Shown: positions 28,901 to 38,107, numbered from the stretch's first letter. The stretch: DNA of 64,000 nt from Akkermansiaceae bacterium (GCA_043716765.1 JAYSYA010000274.1:3082-67081), one strand, 5' to 3'. Translations and numbers: made by a program. Notes: a model not told the origin generated them from the sequence alone.

Positions 28901-28976
28901 GAGAATGTGTCCCGGCGGTCTCAGCCGGGGGCGGTGGCTTTGAATCCGGCTGAGACAGCCGGAACACTTTGAAGCG
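28901..28976. repeat. 76-bp REP-like palindromic element, copy 1
   Basis: GAGAATGTGTCCCGGCGGTCTCAGCCGG...CCGGCTGAGACAGCCGGAACACTTTGAAGCG; internal stem GTCTCAGCCGG/CCGGCTGAGAC; 74/76 identical to 31683-31758. Confidence 0.93.
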
Positions 28977-28993
28977 GGGGAAGGAGCAGAACC

Positions 28994-29798
28994 TCAATAC
29001 GTCGGCATCGCACCGCAGCGGAAAACCGCATCCAGCACGTTCTTATCCGTCCGCGGATCATAACGAACAGTCATCGCGGTCCGGCGCTTCTCGTCGTGCC
29101 AATCCTTCCAATAAATCATCAGTGCCTTGCCATATTCCTTGTGCTCCACCACCGCTTTGATCTGCGAATCCAGCGACCCAATGGCGTGCTTCGTCTCGAT
29201 GAGTAATATCCCGTCCCGTGCCACCGTCCGGTTTTTCACACCGACGATGAAGTCCGGGAAAAACCGCCCGCCATCAGGGCGGACAATGGCCACCGAGTGC
29301 TTCTTCTTCACGGGATTCCGGTGCCACCACAGAACCGTTCCCTCCGGATCATGATCCAACAGCTTGGCGAACTCGACTTCCCACGGATTCAAATCCGCCG
29401 GGAAAACGCCATAAACATTCTTAAATGATAGATTTAGCTTCACCGGCGAATCCACAAATCCCGGCAACGGCTCCGTTTTCCGCGTGAATGAAAATCGCGC
29501 CGCGCAGGATTTCTCCACCTCGCGCAGCAAGCCGGGATGGCGGACAAGGATCAAGGCCAGCGCCACTTCCAGCCGCTCCTCATCCTCCGCCACCTCGGTC
29601 ATGCCATGATTGCGGAACTCCACCGCCAGCCGCTTTAGCAAGTGATCCTGCAAATCCTTCGGGCTTAAATATTGCTGCCGCAGGAGAAGCCATGCTGGCC
29701 TGTGCTTCCTGCAATTTGGTGAAAACCGTGCGGAGGAGCTCGTTCGTGGAATCCGTCCCGATGCCATGGCGGCGGAGAGAAAGGCGTTTCCGCCCCAT
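28994..29798 (-). pseudogene. Type III restriction (Res) subunit C-terminal remnant
   Basis: NVYGVFPADLNPWEVEFAKLLD...WWHRNP...FFPDFIV...LIETK PD-(D/E)XK nuclease end. Frameshifted near 29700; helicase domains absent. Confidence 0.7.
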
Positions 29799-29861
29799 GA
29801 GCGATCCAGCCGTTTAGTGATGAGGTGGGCGGCATTCAGGACGAGGATCTCGATGTGCCAC

Positions 29862-29984
29862 TTACCGGCGACTGTTATCCTGCTCCCACACCAGCCCGAA
29901 CCTCTTCCGGTCCCGCGCCTCCAGCAGCTCAACCAGCTGTTTCTTCGTCAGATCGCGAAATTTTGTCGGGTCATTGGCGGGCAC
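29862..29984 (-). pseudogene. Type III methyltransferase (Mod) N-terminal stub
   Basis: VPANDPTKFRDLTKKQLVELLEARDRKRFGLVWEQDNSRR*. The L..LLEARDR..FGLVWE pattern resembles Mod N-termini. Confidence 0.55.
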
Positions 29985-30141
29985 AGGCAAATTAATTGCC
30001 CAGCCTGTGGGGTGAGAAAAGAAATTCGGGCATTGGATTTCTCGTCAACGCGCGAGGTTTTGAGCAAAATGTCTGTCACCGACCTGTGATGGGAATGAGA
30101 AGTTCTCTTCCCATGAACTGGTTGTCTACGCCCTCGAGTGA

Positions 30142-30372
30142 CTAATGGGTCTTGCAGATCAGGAACTTCTCGAAATCACCCGTTGTCGGAGCACTGAACT
30201 CTTGGCGCCGGATGAAACCCCTCGATTCCAAGTCATTAATGCGCGTCCGAAGACGTGCAACCCGTGCGACTTGCTCGCTGGACTGAGCCTCAACGGTTTT
30301 GCGCAAGGCACCCGCAACCTTTTCGACGATCTCAGAAGTAACGGCGGTTGTGGAGGAAGAATTGGCGGTCAT
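30142..30372 (-). CDS. Small hypothetical protein (76 aa) downstream of the SDH protease
   Basis: MTANSSSTT...VARLRTRINDLESRGFIRRQEF..., overlapping the protease stop by 41 nt and followed by a hairpin at about 30089-30114. Confidence 0.5.
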   Translation of the reverse strand: MTANSSSTTAVTSEIVEKVAGALRKTVEAQSSEQVARVARLRTRINDLESRGFIRRQEFSAPTTGDFEKFLICKTH

Positions 30373-31204
30373 GACGGTTGATGTAGTCGGTGATGAACTC
30401 GGAATACGCAAGAATTTTAGTCCGCAGTTCAAGATCTGTCGAATAGTCTTCGATCTTGAGTTTGAGGAGGTTTTTAATGGTTCCCACCCCAATCTTTCTT
30501 CCGTGGGAATGCCAGATCTTGTTGTCCGAGAGCCTCATGGCAATTTCCTCGGCCCGCTGCTGCTTTTCGGATTCTGTGACCGGCTGCCCTATTTTGGTAG
30601 GATTCGAATCGTGGATTTTCCAATCCTTGAACTTGTATTCAACCAGCCATTTTTTGAGCAGTGTGATGGTGAGGTTTTTTGCCTGCTCGAACCTGCTGAG
30701 CATGGCCAAGTCCAGATTCTGAAGAATTACCAACTCGGCATCAGTCAGAGTTCCCAAGGCAGATTTCTCGACCATCTTCTCGACTTGATCCAAATATCCA
30801 AGAGCCGGAACCCAATCCTTGCCATTATGAACCTGGGGATCAATCGGCCCCAACGAAGACGTGTAGTCCATATAAATCGCATCACCTGAAAGAGCAAAAA
30901 TGGTGCCTGCGGACATTGCTTCGTCAGGAATGATGAACAAGACTTCAGAGTAGTGATACCGAATAATTTCAACCAGCTTTTCGACAGTCTCGGCGCTTCC
31001 TCCGGGGGTGTTCAGAACGATTGCAACCTTATCTCTTGTGGGCTTTTCCTCTCGTAAATCCTCGATGAACTCTCGAAATAATTTTTCAATCGACGGGAAG
31101 ATAGGGCCATGAAACAGAACCACATCAGCATTCAAATGCTGTTCAAGGGCCATGATCCGCTCCTTCGCGGTTTCTCTAATATGCGCATCAAATACTCTCA
31201 TCAT
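30332..31204 (-). CDS. SDH-family ClpP/crotonase-fold serine protease
   Basis: LNTPGG, AMSAGT (nucleophile Ser), SSLGPIDPQ, WHSHGR motifs. Low-GC codon usage. Confidence 0.88.
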   Translation of the reverse strand: MMRVFDAHIRETAKERIMALEQHLNADVVLFHGPIFPSIEKLFREFIEDLREEKPTRDKVAIVLNTPGGSAETVEKLVEIIRYHYSEVLFIIPDEAMSAGTIFALSGDAIYMDYTSSLGPIDPQVHNGKDWVPALGYLDQVEKMVEKSALGTLTDAELVILQNLDLAMLSRFEQAKNLTITLLKKWLVEYKFKDWKIHDSNPTKIGQPVTESEKQQRAEEIAMRLSDNKIWHSHGRKIGVGTIKNLLKLKIEDYSTDLELRTKILAYSEFITDYINRHDRQFFLHNRRYF

Positions 31205-31682
31205 TGTGGCTGGGTGGGTCGGTGATTGGATTGCGAGAAGATGACTTTTTTTATACTCCGAATAAGGTGCTTAAGGGTTACTCAGGGCGTAGGGTTTGTA
31301 GCAGTGGTGGTGGTGGCAAGTAGTAACGGAATAATGGATTTCTCCAACCGTTACTGGAAACTGGCAGAAGCTGTTTCTTTAGGAAGCTTCAAATGTGAAA
31401 AGCTAATATTTCCCACAAATCGCTCGTATTGAGCCGACTAGGATATTGGGACGGCTGCAATTGGATGAGCCTCGACATGACCTCGCACGGACCTCGGGGG
31501 CGATCTGTATCAACCTTGGCGTCGGCTCTTGCGGACCTCGGAGCGGTCAGTACAAAGCTGCGCACCGGCTGATACGAGCCTTGGGTTGGGCTGGGTTGAA
31601 ACTGGACATTGATCGCGATGACCTTTTTCGCATTCCGCATCAACCTCGGGACGCGCGGCGAGGGCCTTGGCTTGGGCTGAAA

Positions 31683-31758
31683 GAGAATGTGTCCCGGCGG
31701 TCTCAGCCGGGGGCGTTGGCTTTGGATCCGGCTGAGACAGCCGGAACACTTTGAAGCG
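31683..31758. repeat. 76-bp REP-like palindromic element, copy 2
   Basis: Direct repeat of 28901-28976 with 2 mismatches; ends 2 nt before the stop of the convergent PBP gene. Confidence 0.93.
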
Positions 31759-31760
31759 AA

Positions 31761-33476
31761 TCAGTTGTTCCCCAACCGCTTGACGAACTCGTCGAGCAGG
31801 GACTTGAGGCGGGGTTCGCGGGCGATGGCGGCGGGCTTGTCGAAGCCGAGCCAGATGGCGGTCGCGCCGCCGGGGCCGAGGCGGAGGGTCCAGGCGTCGC
31901 GCTCGGAACCGGTGGCTCCAGTGAAACAGCGGGTGCCGCCGGAGCGTTGCAAGACGCTGGTGGCATCGAGCGCGGCGGTGGGGCTGAGGGCGGCGCTCAG
32001 AACGGGCTTGGCTTTGTAAATCACCTCGCCGGTGCTGTCGCGAATTTCCTGAATCAGATAGGGTTTGGCGCGTTTTCCCTGGTTGCCGAGGGTGGCGAGA
32101 CCGATCGACATTTCTCGGGGGGTGGCGGCGACGGAGCCGCGGAACAGGTCCTCGGTTTGGACAAAGGGGCCGGCGATGTGGACGCCGCAACGTTTGGCGA
32201 GGCGTTCCACTTCGGATGGGCCGATCTGGCGGCCGGTTTGCACGGGCTTGCCGGGCAGCACGAGCTTGCCCCGCTCGGCGGCGGCGGCGGCGACGAAGGG
32301 TTCGAAAGCGGACCCGAGATCGCGGCGGGAGCGGCTGCGGTCGACGCGCGAGTCGCTGAAATTTCGCCCGCCGATGAGGGCAAGGGTGGCACCGCTGCGG
32401 ATCTCGGTGGTGACTGCGGCATATTGCAGATAGGCGGGCTCGGTGCCGGAGACGTGGTTGGCTTCGGTGGGGTGCGCCCATGTTTTTTCCCCCTCCAGGT
32501 CCTCGACGGCGCGGGTGAGTTCGGTTTCGAGGCGGTTCTGCCAGGATGCGTCCAAGGTGGTGTGGACCGTGAGACCGCCGAGCTTGATGTCGTCCGCTTC
32601 AAGGATGCGGTCGAGTTCGCCGCGCACGGCTTGCAGGGCATAGGATGTCTGGGTTTCACGCTGCTCCTCACTGACTAGGTTGACGGGCTCGGCGGCAATC
32701 TGATCGCGGCGGGCGGGATCGATGAGCTTCATCACGACCAGTCGGTTGAGCGTTTGGCTGCGCTGTTGGAGGGCGGCATCGAGATTGCGCAGGGGCGAGA
32801 AGGCGTTGGGGCCGCGGATGATGCCGACGATCATTGAGCATTCACCTTCGCTGAGGTTGCGGGCGGGTTTGCCGAAATAGGTGCGCGCCGCTTGCTCGAC
32901 GCCATCGGCACCGGCCCCGAAATAGACGCGGTTAAGGTAGTGGGTGAGGATCTCGTCCTTGGTGTAGCGGGATTCAACTCGGAGTGTCAGCGCGATGGCG
33001 AGGAATTTGGCGTGCAGGGATTTCTGCTTTAGTTTGAAGCTCAGCCGCGAGAGCTGCATGGTGAGCGTCGAAGCGCCCTGGGTAAAATCCCAATCCTTGA
33101 CGTTCCTAACTGTCGCCCGGAGCAAGCCGCGGAAATCGACTCCGCCGTGCTCGAAAAACCGCGCGTCTTCGCGGGCGCGCAGCGATTTCACCAGGAAGTC
33201 CGGGATGTCCTCGCGCTTCACCAGCTTGCCGCTGTTACTGCCGGGGGCGGTGATTTCCTGGCCCTTGCGGTCATAAAAAGTGGTGCCAGCGGGGAGCTTG
33301 GCGACCTCGTCCATGTCAAAGCGCATCGCGAGCATGAAGTAGAAGAACGCGAAGCCGAACAGGGCGATGAATCCCGCGAGCGAGAGTTGGAACAGTAATG
33401 TCACCGGGCCGTGCAGCCACGCGGGGAGCCAGCGCTTCCAAAACGACGGTGGATGGATGGGACGCCAGGTGGACAT
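31761..33476 (-). CDS. Class A PBP-like transglycosylase with degenerate transpeptidase domain
   Basis: TM anchor, EDARFFEHGGVD, GASTLTMQL. Transpeptidase SxxK reads SAFE; no SxN or KTG. Confidence 0.85.
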   Translation of the reverse strand: MSTWRPIHPPSFWKRWLPAWLHGPVTLLFQLSLAGFIALFGFAFFYFMLAMRFDMDEVAKLPAGTTFYDRKGQEITAPGSNSGKLVKREDIPDFLVKSLRAREDARFFEHGGVDFRGLLRATVRNVKDWDFTQGASTLTMQLSRLSFKLKQKSLHAKFLAIALTLRVESRYTKDEILTHYLNRVYFGAGADGVEQAARTYFGKPARNLSEGECSMIVGIIRGPNAFSPLRNLDAALQQRSQTLNRLVVMKLIDPARRDQIAAEPVNLVSEEQRETQTSYALQAVRGELDRILEADDIKLGGLTVHTTLDASWQNRLETELTRAVEDLEGEKTWAHPTEANHVSGTEPAYLQYAAVTTEIRSGATLALIGGRNFSDSRVDRSRSRRDLGSAFEPFVAAAAAERGKLVLPGKPVQTGRQIGPSEVERLAKRCGVHIAGPFVQTEDLFRGSVAATPREMSIGLATLGNQGKRAKPYLIQEIRDSTGEVIYKAKPVLSAALSPTAALDATSVLQRSGGTRCFTGATGSERDAWTLRLGPGGATAIWLGFDKPAAIAREPRLKSLLDEFVKRLGNN

Positions 33477-33515
33477 GGGGAGGAAATTTGAGATTTGAAA
33501 TCTCAGATTTAATTT

Positions 33516-35816
33516 CTAATCGACAGGAATGGCTTTGAGCGGGATGTCGGCGTCTTCTTGGACAGGTTGGGCGCGGAGCGGAACCGGCTCGACAGAGGTG
33601 AGAGCGGACTCGTCCACGGCCAGGGCTCTGGCGGGGTGGAGCGGGCAGAGGTCGTTAGCGGGCAGGGCGATGTCTGCGGGAACGCGGTCCTGATAGGCGG
33701 TGCCGGCGATTTGGCAGCCGTTGGTGGAGCGTTTGCCCGAGTGGCGGCAGAGTTCCATTTCGACGAGGTTGGACTTGCTGTTGAGCTTGCCGGCTTTGTA
33801 GCCGAGGCGGTCGGCGGTTTTCATGATGTCCACCCAGACGGGTAGCGAGAGGGCGGAGCCGTAGCCGCCGTGGATGGTTTTTTGCGGGGTGTCGAAGCCG
33901 ACCCAGACGGCGCAAGTTAGAGTGGAGGTGTATCCCGCGAACCAGGCGTCCTTGAAATCGTTTGTGGTGCCGGTTTTGCCGCCGCAGGGTTTGTCAAAAC
34001 CGAGGCGGGTGACGGAGGCGGCGGTGCCGTGGGTGGCGACTTCGTTGAGGATGCGGGAGACGGACCACGCGGAACCTTCCTTGGCTGCGGGGTAGGGGAG
34101 CGGCGGGGTGGCGTAGAGGATGTTGCCGTCGCGGTCCTTGATTTCCGAGATCAAATAGGGGCGGTAACGGGTGCCGTCGTTAGGGAAAATGGTGTAAGCG
34201 GTGGCGACCTCCCATGGCGAGGCTTCCCATGAGCCGAGAAAGGACGAGGGGTTTTCCGGCATCTGCGTGGTGAAGCCGGCCATCCGCGAAACTTCCTTGA
34301 CGCGGGGGATGCCGGCGTAGTTGCCGACACGGACGGACATGGTGTTGCGGGAGCGGATGAGGCCGTAGGAAACCGGCTGCATGCCGCCGAATTTGCCATC
34401 GGAATTCTGTGGCCGCCAGGTGCCGCCGCCTTTAATCTCGCCGCTTTCTAGCGGGCCGTCGCTGATGCTGGTGTCCGGGCGCAGGCCGCGGTCGAACGCG
34501 GATAGATAGACGAATGGCTTGAACAGCGAGCCGATCTGGCGGCGGGCCTGGGTGGCACGGTTGAATCTCGATTCGTTGGCGTCGCGGCCGCCGATGACGG
34601 CGAGCACGGCTCCGGTGCGGTTTTCGACGACGACAGCGGCACCTTGGATGTAGGCGGGCTCCTTGCGTTTTTCCGTTGGAGCCTCCCGCCAGGCGGTGCG
34701 GGTGGGATGGGAGTATCCTGATAGGCGCTCGACTTCGCGGAGCTTTTTGTCCAGCGCTTCTTCGCCTTTGCGCTGGATGCGGAGGTCGATGGTGGTGGTG
34801 ATATTAAGCCCGCCGAGATCGATGTTTTCCTTTTCGAGAATCACTTCCAAGTCGCGGCGGATGGCGTCCATCGCGTAGGATTCCTGGCTTTCGCGCCGCC
34901 ATTCCGGCCTGACTTCGATGGGTTCCGCCTTGGCGGCGTCGGCCTCGGCTTGGGTGATGACCCCGGCGGTGACCATCCGGTCGAGGGTGGTGCCGCGTTC
35001 GCGGGTGGCGGCTTCCATTGACTTGAAGGGATTGAAGGAATCCGGGCCGCGGACGATGCCGGCGAGGAGGGCGGCTTGCGAAAGCGTTAGTTCGGACGGG
35101 TGTTTTTCGAAATAAATCCGGGAGGCCTCGCCGACGCCTTTGATCTGGCGGCCCCAGTTGATCTGGTTGATGTAGGCTTCGAGGATGTCGTCTTTTTCCA
35201 GCGACGCTTCGAGGCGGAAGGCGATGGCGATTTCGAGCATTTTGCGGTCGAGCTGGCGGACCGTGTCGCCGCGGTTTTCGCCGCGCTTGAGTTGGAAGAT
35301 GTCTGAGACGAGCTGCTGGGTGAGGGTCGAGGCGCCTTCTTTTTTGCCGCCAAGGTTTTTGAGAACCGCGCGGCCGATGCCGATGAGATCGACGGCACCG
35401 TGTTGATAGAACCGCTCGTCCTCGCGGGCGAGGATGGCCTTGCGGAAATCCGCGGCAACTTGGTGGAGCGGGACGAGCGAGCGTTTTTCGCCGTGGATGC
35501 GGCCGATTTCCTCGCCGAGGCGGTCGTGGATGATCGAGCGCTCGGGCATCTCGTGGATTTTCGCGAGATCGTATTTCTGGGCGCGGACGCCGTAAGCGAT
35601 GGCCAGAAAGACGAGGCCGTAAATGCCCGCGACGAGCGGATATCCGGCGAGGCGGAGCAGGAATTTCACCGGCGTGGCAAACGGGCGCGTGACCAGATTG
35701 AAGAGGTGAAAGGGCCACAACAGCAGGATCGATAGGCCGCCGGGACCGCGCGAGGGGGCGCCTTCGGGCGCTTCACTGCGGCGGCGGTTGGTGTCTGGCG
35801 GGTTGCGTTTTGGCAT
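33516..35816 (-). CDS. Class A penicillin-binding protein (PBP1A family)
   Basis: EDERFYQHG, GASTLTQQL, RKMLE; SLFK, SRN, KTG motifs intact. Confidence 0.93.
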   Translation of the reverse strand: MPKRNPPDTNRRRSEAPEGAPSRGPGGLSILLLWPFHLFNLVTRPFATPVKFLLRLAGYPLVAGIYGLVFLAIAYGVRAQKYDLAKIHEMPERSIIHDRLGEEIGRIHGEKRSLVPLHQVAADFRKAILAREDERFYQHGAVDLIGIGRAVLKNLGGKKEGASTLTQQLVSDIFQLKRGENRGDTVRQLDRKMLEIAIAFRLEASLEKDDILEAYINQINWGRQIKGVGEASRIYFEKHPSELTLSQAALLAGIVRGPDSFNPFKSMEAATRERGTTLDRMVTAGVITQAEADAAKAEPIEVRPEWRRESQESYAMDAIRRDLEVILEKENIDLGGLNITTTIDLRIQRKGEEALDKKLREVERLSGYSHPTRTAWREAPTEKRKEPAYIQGAAVVVENRTGAVLAVIGGRDANESRFNRATQARRQIGSLFKPFVYLSAFDRGLRPDTSISDGPLESGEIKGGGTWRPQNSDGKFGGMQPVSYGLIRSRNTMSVRVGNYAGIPRVKEVSRMAGFTTQMPENPSSFLGSWEASPWEVATAYTIFPNDGTRYRPYLISEIKDRDGNILYATPPLPYPAAKEGSAWSVSRILNEVATHGTAASVTRLGFDKPCGGKTGTTNDFKDAWFAGYTSTLTCAVWVGFDTPQKTIHGGYGSALSLPVWVDIMKTADRLGYKAGKLNSKSNLVEMELCRHSGKRSTNGCQIAGTAYQDRVPADIALPANDLCPLHPARALAVDESALTSVEPVPLRAQPVQEDADIPLKAIPVD

Positions 35817-35912
35817 CTGCGTGCGAATCCTAAGCGATCCTCCGCCGACGATCCACCCTTGTTATCAAGACAGACGAAGTGGCGCGGCGGTGGCGCTGTG
35901 GAGCATACAACC

Positions 35913-36908
35913 ATGAAAGCGAATTCGTTTTTTCCCCTCGCCTGCGTTTGTTGGTGGCTGGCTCCCGGAGTTTCGCGGGCGAGTGAGCCGGTGCGTGATT
36001 TGAGAGACCTCGCGAAATTGGAGGGCAAGGTCGAGGCGGTTTCCGCCAAAATGATGCCCGCCACGGTGGCGCTGCTGTCGGAGAAAACCGGCTCTTCGGG
36101 CTCCGGCGTGATCACCACCGCAGACGGCCTGATCCTGACCGCCGCGCACGTCGTCCAAGGCGCGGCAGAAGTGTTGGTGGTTTTCCCAGACGGCGAGCAA
36201 GTCCCGGGAAAAGTCCTCGGCGCGAACTATTCAAAAGACATCGCGATGGTGCAAATCGCCCACAAGGGGCCGTGGCCGTTCGCGGCGATGGGCGCTTCGA
36301 AGCCGCTGGCTGCCGGCGACTGGGTGGTCGCGCTCGGCCACTCGGCGGGCTTCGATGCGGCACGCACGCCGCCGGTTCGCTTCGGCCGGGTGGTCTCGAA
36401 AGGCCCGGGAAATTTCCTGACCACCGACTGCACCCTGATCGGCGGTGACTCGGGCGGGCCGCTGTTTGATCTGGACGGGAAAATCGTTGGCATCAATTCC
36501 TCAATCGGCATTTCCCTAACGAATAACAACCACGCAGGCATCGACGGCTTCAAGGAGGACTGGGACCGCATCCGCGCCGGAGAGGCATGGGGGCGGCTCT
36601 CGATGAATCCGTTCGCCAACCCGGAAATGCCGGTGCTCGGCATCGGCATGGGAATGCGCCGCGCGTTCAAGGGCGTGCCGGTGGAGAGCGTGGTCCCGGA
36701 ATCTCCGGCCGCCGCCGCAGGAGTTCGGGCCGGCGATGTGATTGAATCGCTCGACGGCAGCGCCGTTGGTGATGCGAACAAGCTGCTTCAGGTGCTCGCG
36801 AAAAAACAACCGGGCGAGACGGTGAAGCTCGGCCTGCTGCGGGACCGCAAATCACTGGAGGTGCAGGTCGTTTTGGCCCGCCGGGAAACTCTTTTTGACG
36901 AACGCTAA
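35913..36908 (+). CDS. S1C (HtrA-like) serine protease with PDZ domain
   Basis: Signal peptide; TAAHV, KDIAMV, GGDSGGP catalytic triad; C-terminal PDZ. Confidence 0.9.
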   Translation: MKANSFFPLACVCWWLAPGVSRASEPVRDLRDLAKLEGKVEAVSAKMMPATVALLSEKTGSSGSGVITTADGLILTAAHVVQGAAEVLVVFPDGEQVPGKVLGANYSKDIAMVQIAHKGPWPFAAMGASKPLAAGDWVVALGHSAGFDAARTPPVRFGRVVSKGPGNFLTTDCTLIGGDSGGPLFDLDGKIVGINSSIGISLTNNNHAGIDGFKEDWDRIRAGEAWGRLSMNPFANPEMPVLGIGMGMRRAFKGVPVESVVPESPAAAAGVRAGDVIESLDGSAVGDANKLLQVLAKKQPGETVKLGLLRDRKSLEVQVVLARRETLFDER

Positions 36909-36919
36909 GCAACACCACC

Positions 36920-38107
36920 ATGAAACTGATTGTTTATTTCATCATCGCCCTTGGACTGCCTAACGCCTTGCGTGCGCAGGACGACATTCCCCTGCTTTTG
37001 CCGGAGGAGCGCCAAGCCGTCGATACGCAGGCCGACGAGTTCAACGAAGCGATCAAGCCCGCCATCGCCACTGCGGCGAAGTCCACGGTGCGGGTGTGGT
37101 CCGGCTCGCGGCGGCTGGCCTACGGCACCGTTGTCGGGGACGGCAGCAAGGTTCTAACCAAGTGGAGTGAGGTCGCCCGCGCGCGCGGGGACTTGCGCGT
37201 GGACGCTGGAGACGAGAGCCGCGCCGTCAAGCTTGCGGGCGTCTATCAAGACGAAGATCTGGTGCTGTTGGAAATTGAAGGCAAGCCGCTCACTCCGGTG
37301 AGCTGGTCATTAGAATCTCCCAGACTCGGCCGTTTTCTCGCTGCGCCACAGCCGGACGGGCGGCTCGCCGCGTTCGGCGTGGTGAGCGTGCTCAGCCGGA
37401 ACCTGCGCGATACGGATCTCGCTTATCTTGGCGTGATCGGGGAACCTGGCTTTACCAGTCAAGGCGTCAAGATCAGGCACGTGGACGCAAATTCCGGCGC
37501 GCACGCTGCGGGATTGAAGCCGGGAAATGTGATTTTGAAAGTCGGCGAACGGCCGATCTCTGGGCTGCTGGAGTTGAAAAACGCCATGACTGGAGTCGTT
37601 CCGGGCGCGAAAATTTCCCTGCTCGTCGAGGCCAACGGCGGAGAAAAAGCAGTCGAAGTGACAGTAGGAAACCGCCCCCAGCTGTCGCAGTTTGCCAACG
37701 GCCGGCTTGAGCTGATGGAGCGCATGGGCGGTGCGGTTAGCCAGGTGCGGGATTCGTTCACCCAGGTGATCCAGACCGACATGCGGCCGAAGCCGAACCA
37801 AGTCGGCGGGCCAGTGGTGGATCTGCAAGGGCGGGTGTTAGGTATCACCATGGCGCGCGCGGACCGGACTCGCTCGTTCGTGATGCCAGCCGCAGCGGTG
37901 GTGGATTTGCTCAAGAAAGAGCCCGGCAATCCGGCGCTGGCCCAAGTGAGACAGGAAGAAAAAGAAGTGCCGTCGACCGCGCTCGGAAATGTGCAACGCG
38001 GGCGGGTCATGCCTGGTGGCGAGGACCGGATGCGCCGTCATCTCAGCGACATGCAGCGGCTGATGGACCACCTGCACCAGGAAATGGAAGCGCTGGAAGA
38101 ACGGTGA
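36920..38107 (+). CDS. Secreted PDZ-containing protease homolog, catalytic His/Ser not conserved
   Basis: Split trypsin-like fold: LTKWSE in place of TxxHV and PNQVGGP in place of G(N/D)SGGP; internal PDZ. Confidence 0.72.
   Translation: MKLIVYFIIALGLPNALRAQDDIPLLLPEERQAVDTQADEFNEAIKPAIATAAKSTVRVWSGSRRLAYGTVVGDGSKVLTKWSEVARARGDLRVDAGDESRAVKLAGVYQDEDLVLLEIEGKPLTPVSWSLESPRLGRFLAAPQPDGRLAAFGVVSVLSRNLRDTDLAYLGVIGEPGFTSQGVKIRHVDANSGAHAAGLKPGNVILKVGERPISGLLELKNAMTGVVPGAKISLLVEANGGEKAVEVTVGNRPQLSQFANGRLELMERMGGAVSQVRDSFTQVIQTDMRPKPNQVGGPVVDLQGRVLGITMARADRTRSFVMPAAAVVDLLKKEPGNPALAQVRQEEKEVPSTALGNVQRGRVMPGGEDRMRRHLSDMQRLMDHLHQEMEALEER

Noticed and set aside
31510-32481. 323-aa Arg-rich minus-strand ORF reading through the REP repeat
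   Set aside because: Alternative frame of the PBP gene with Arg/Pro-rich junk composition. The part within 31450-31682 could not be assigned to any family.
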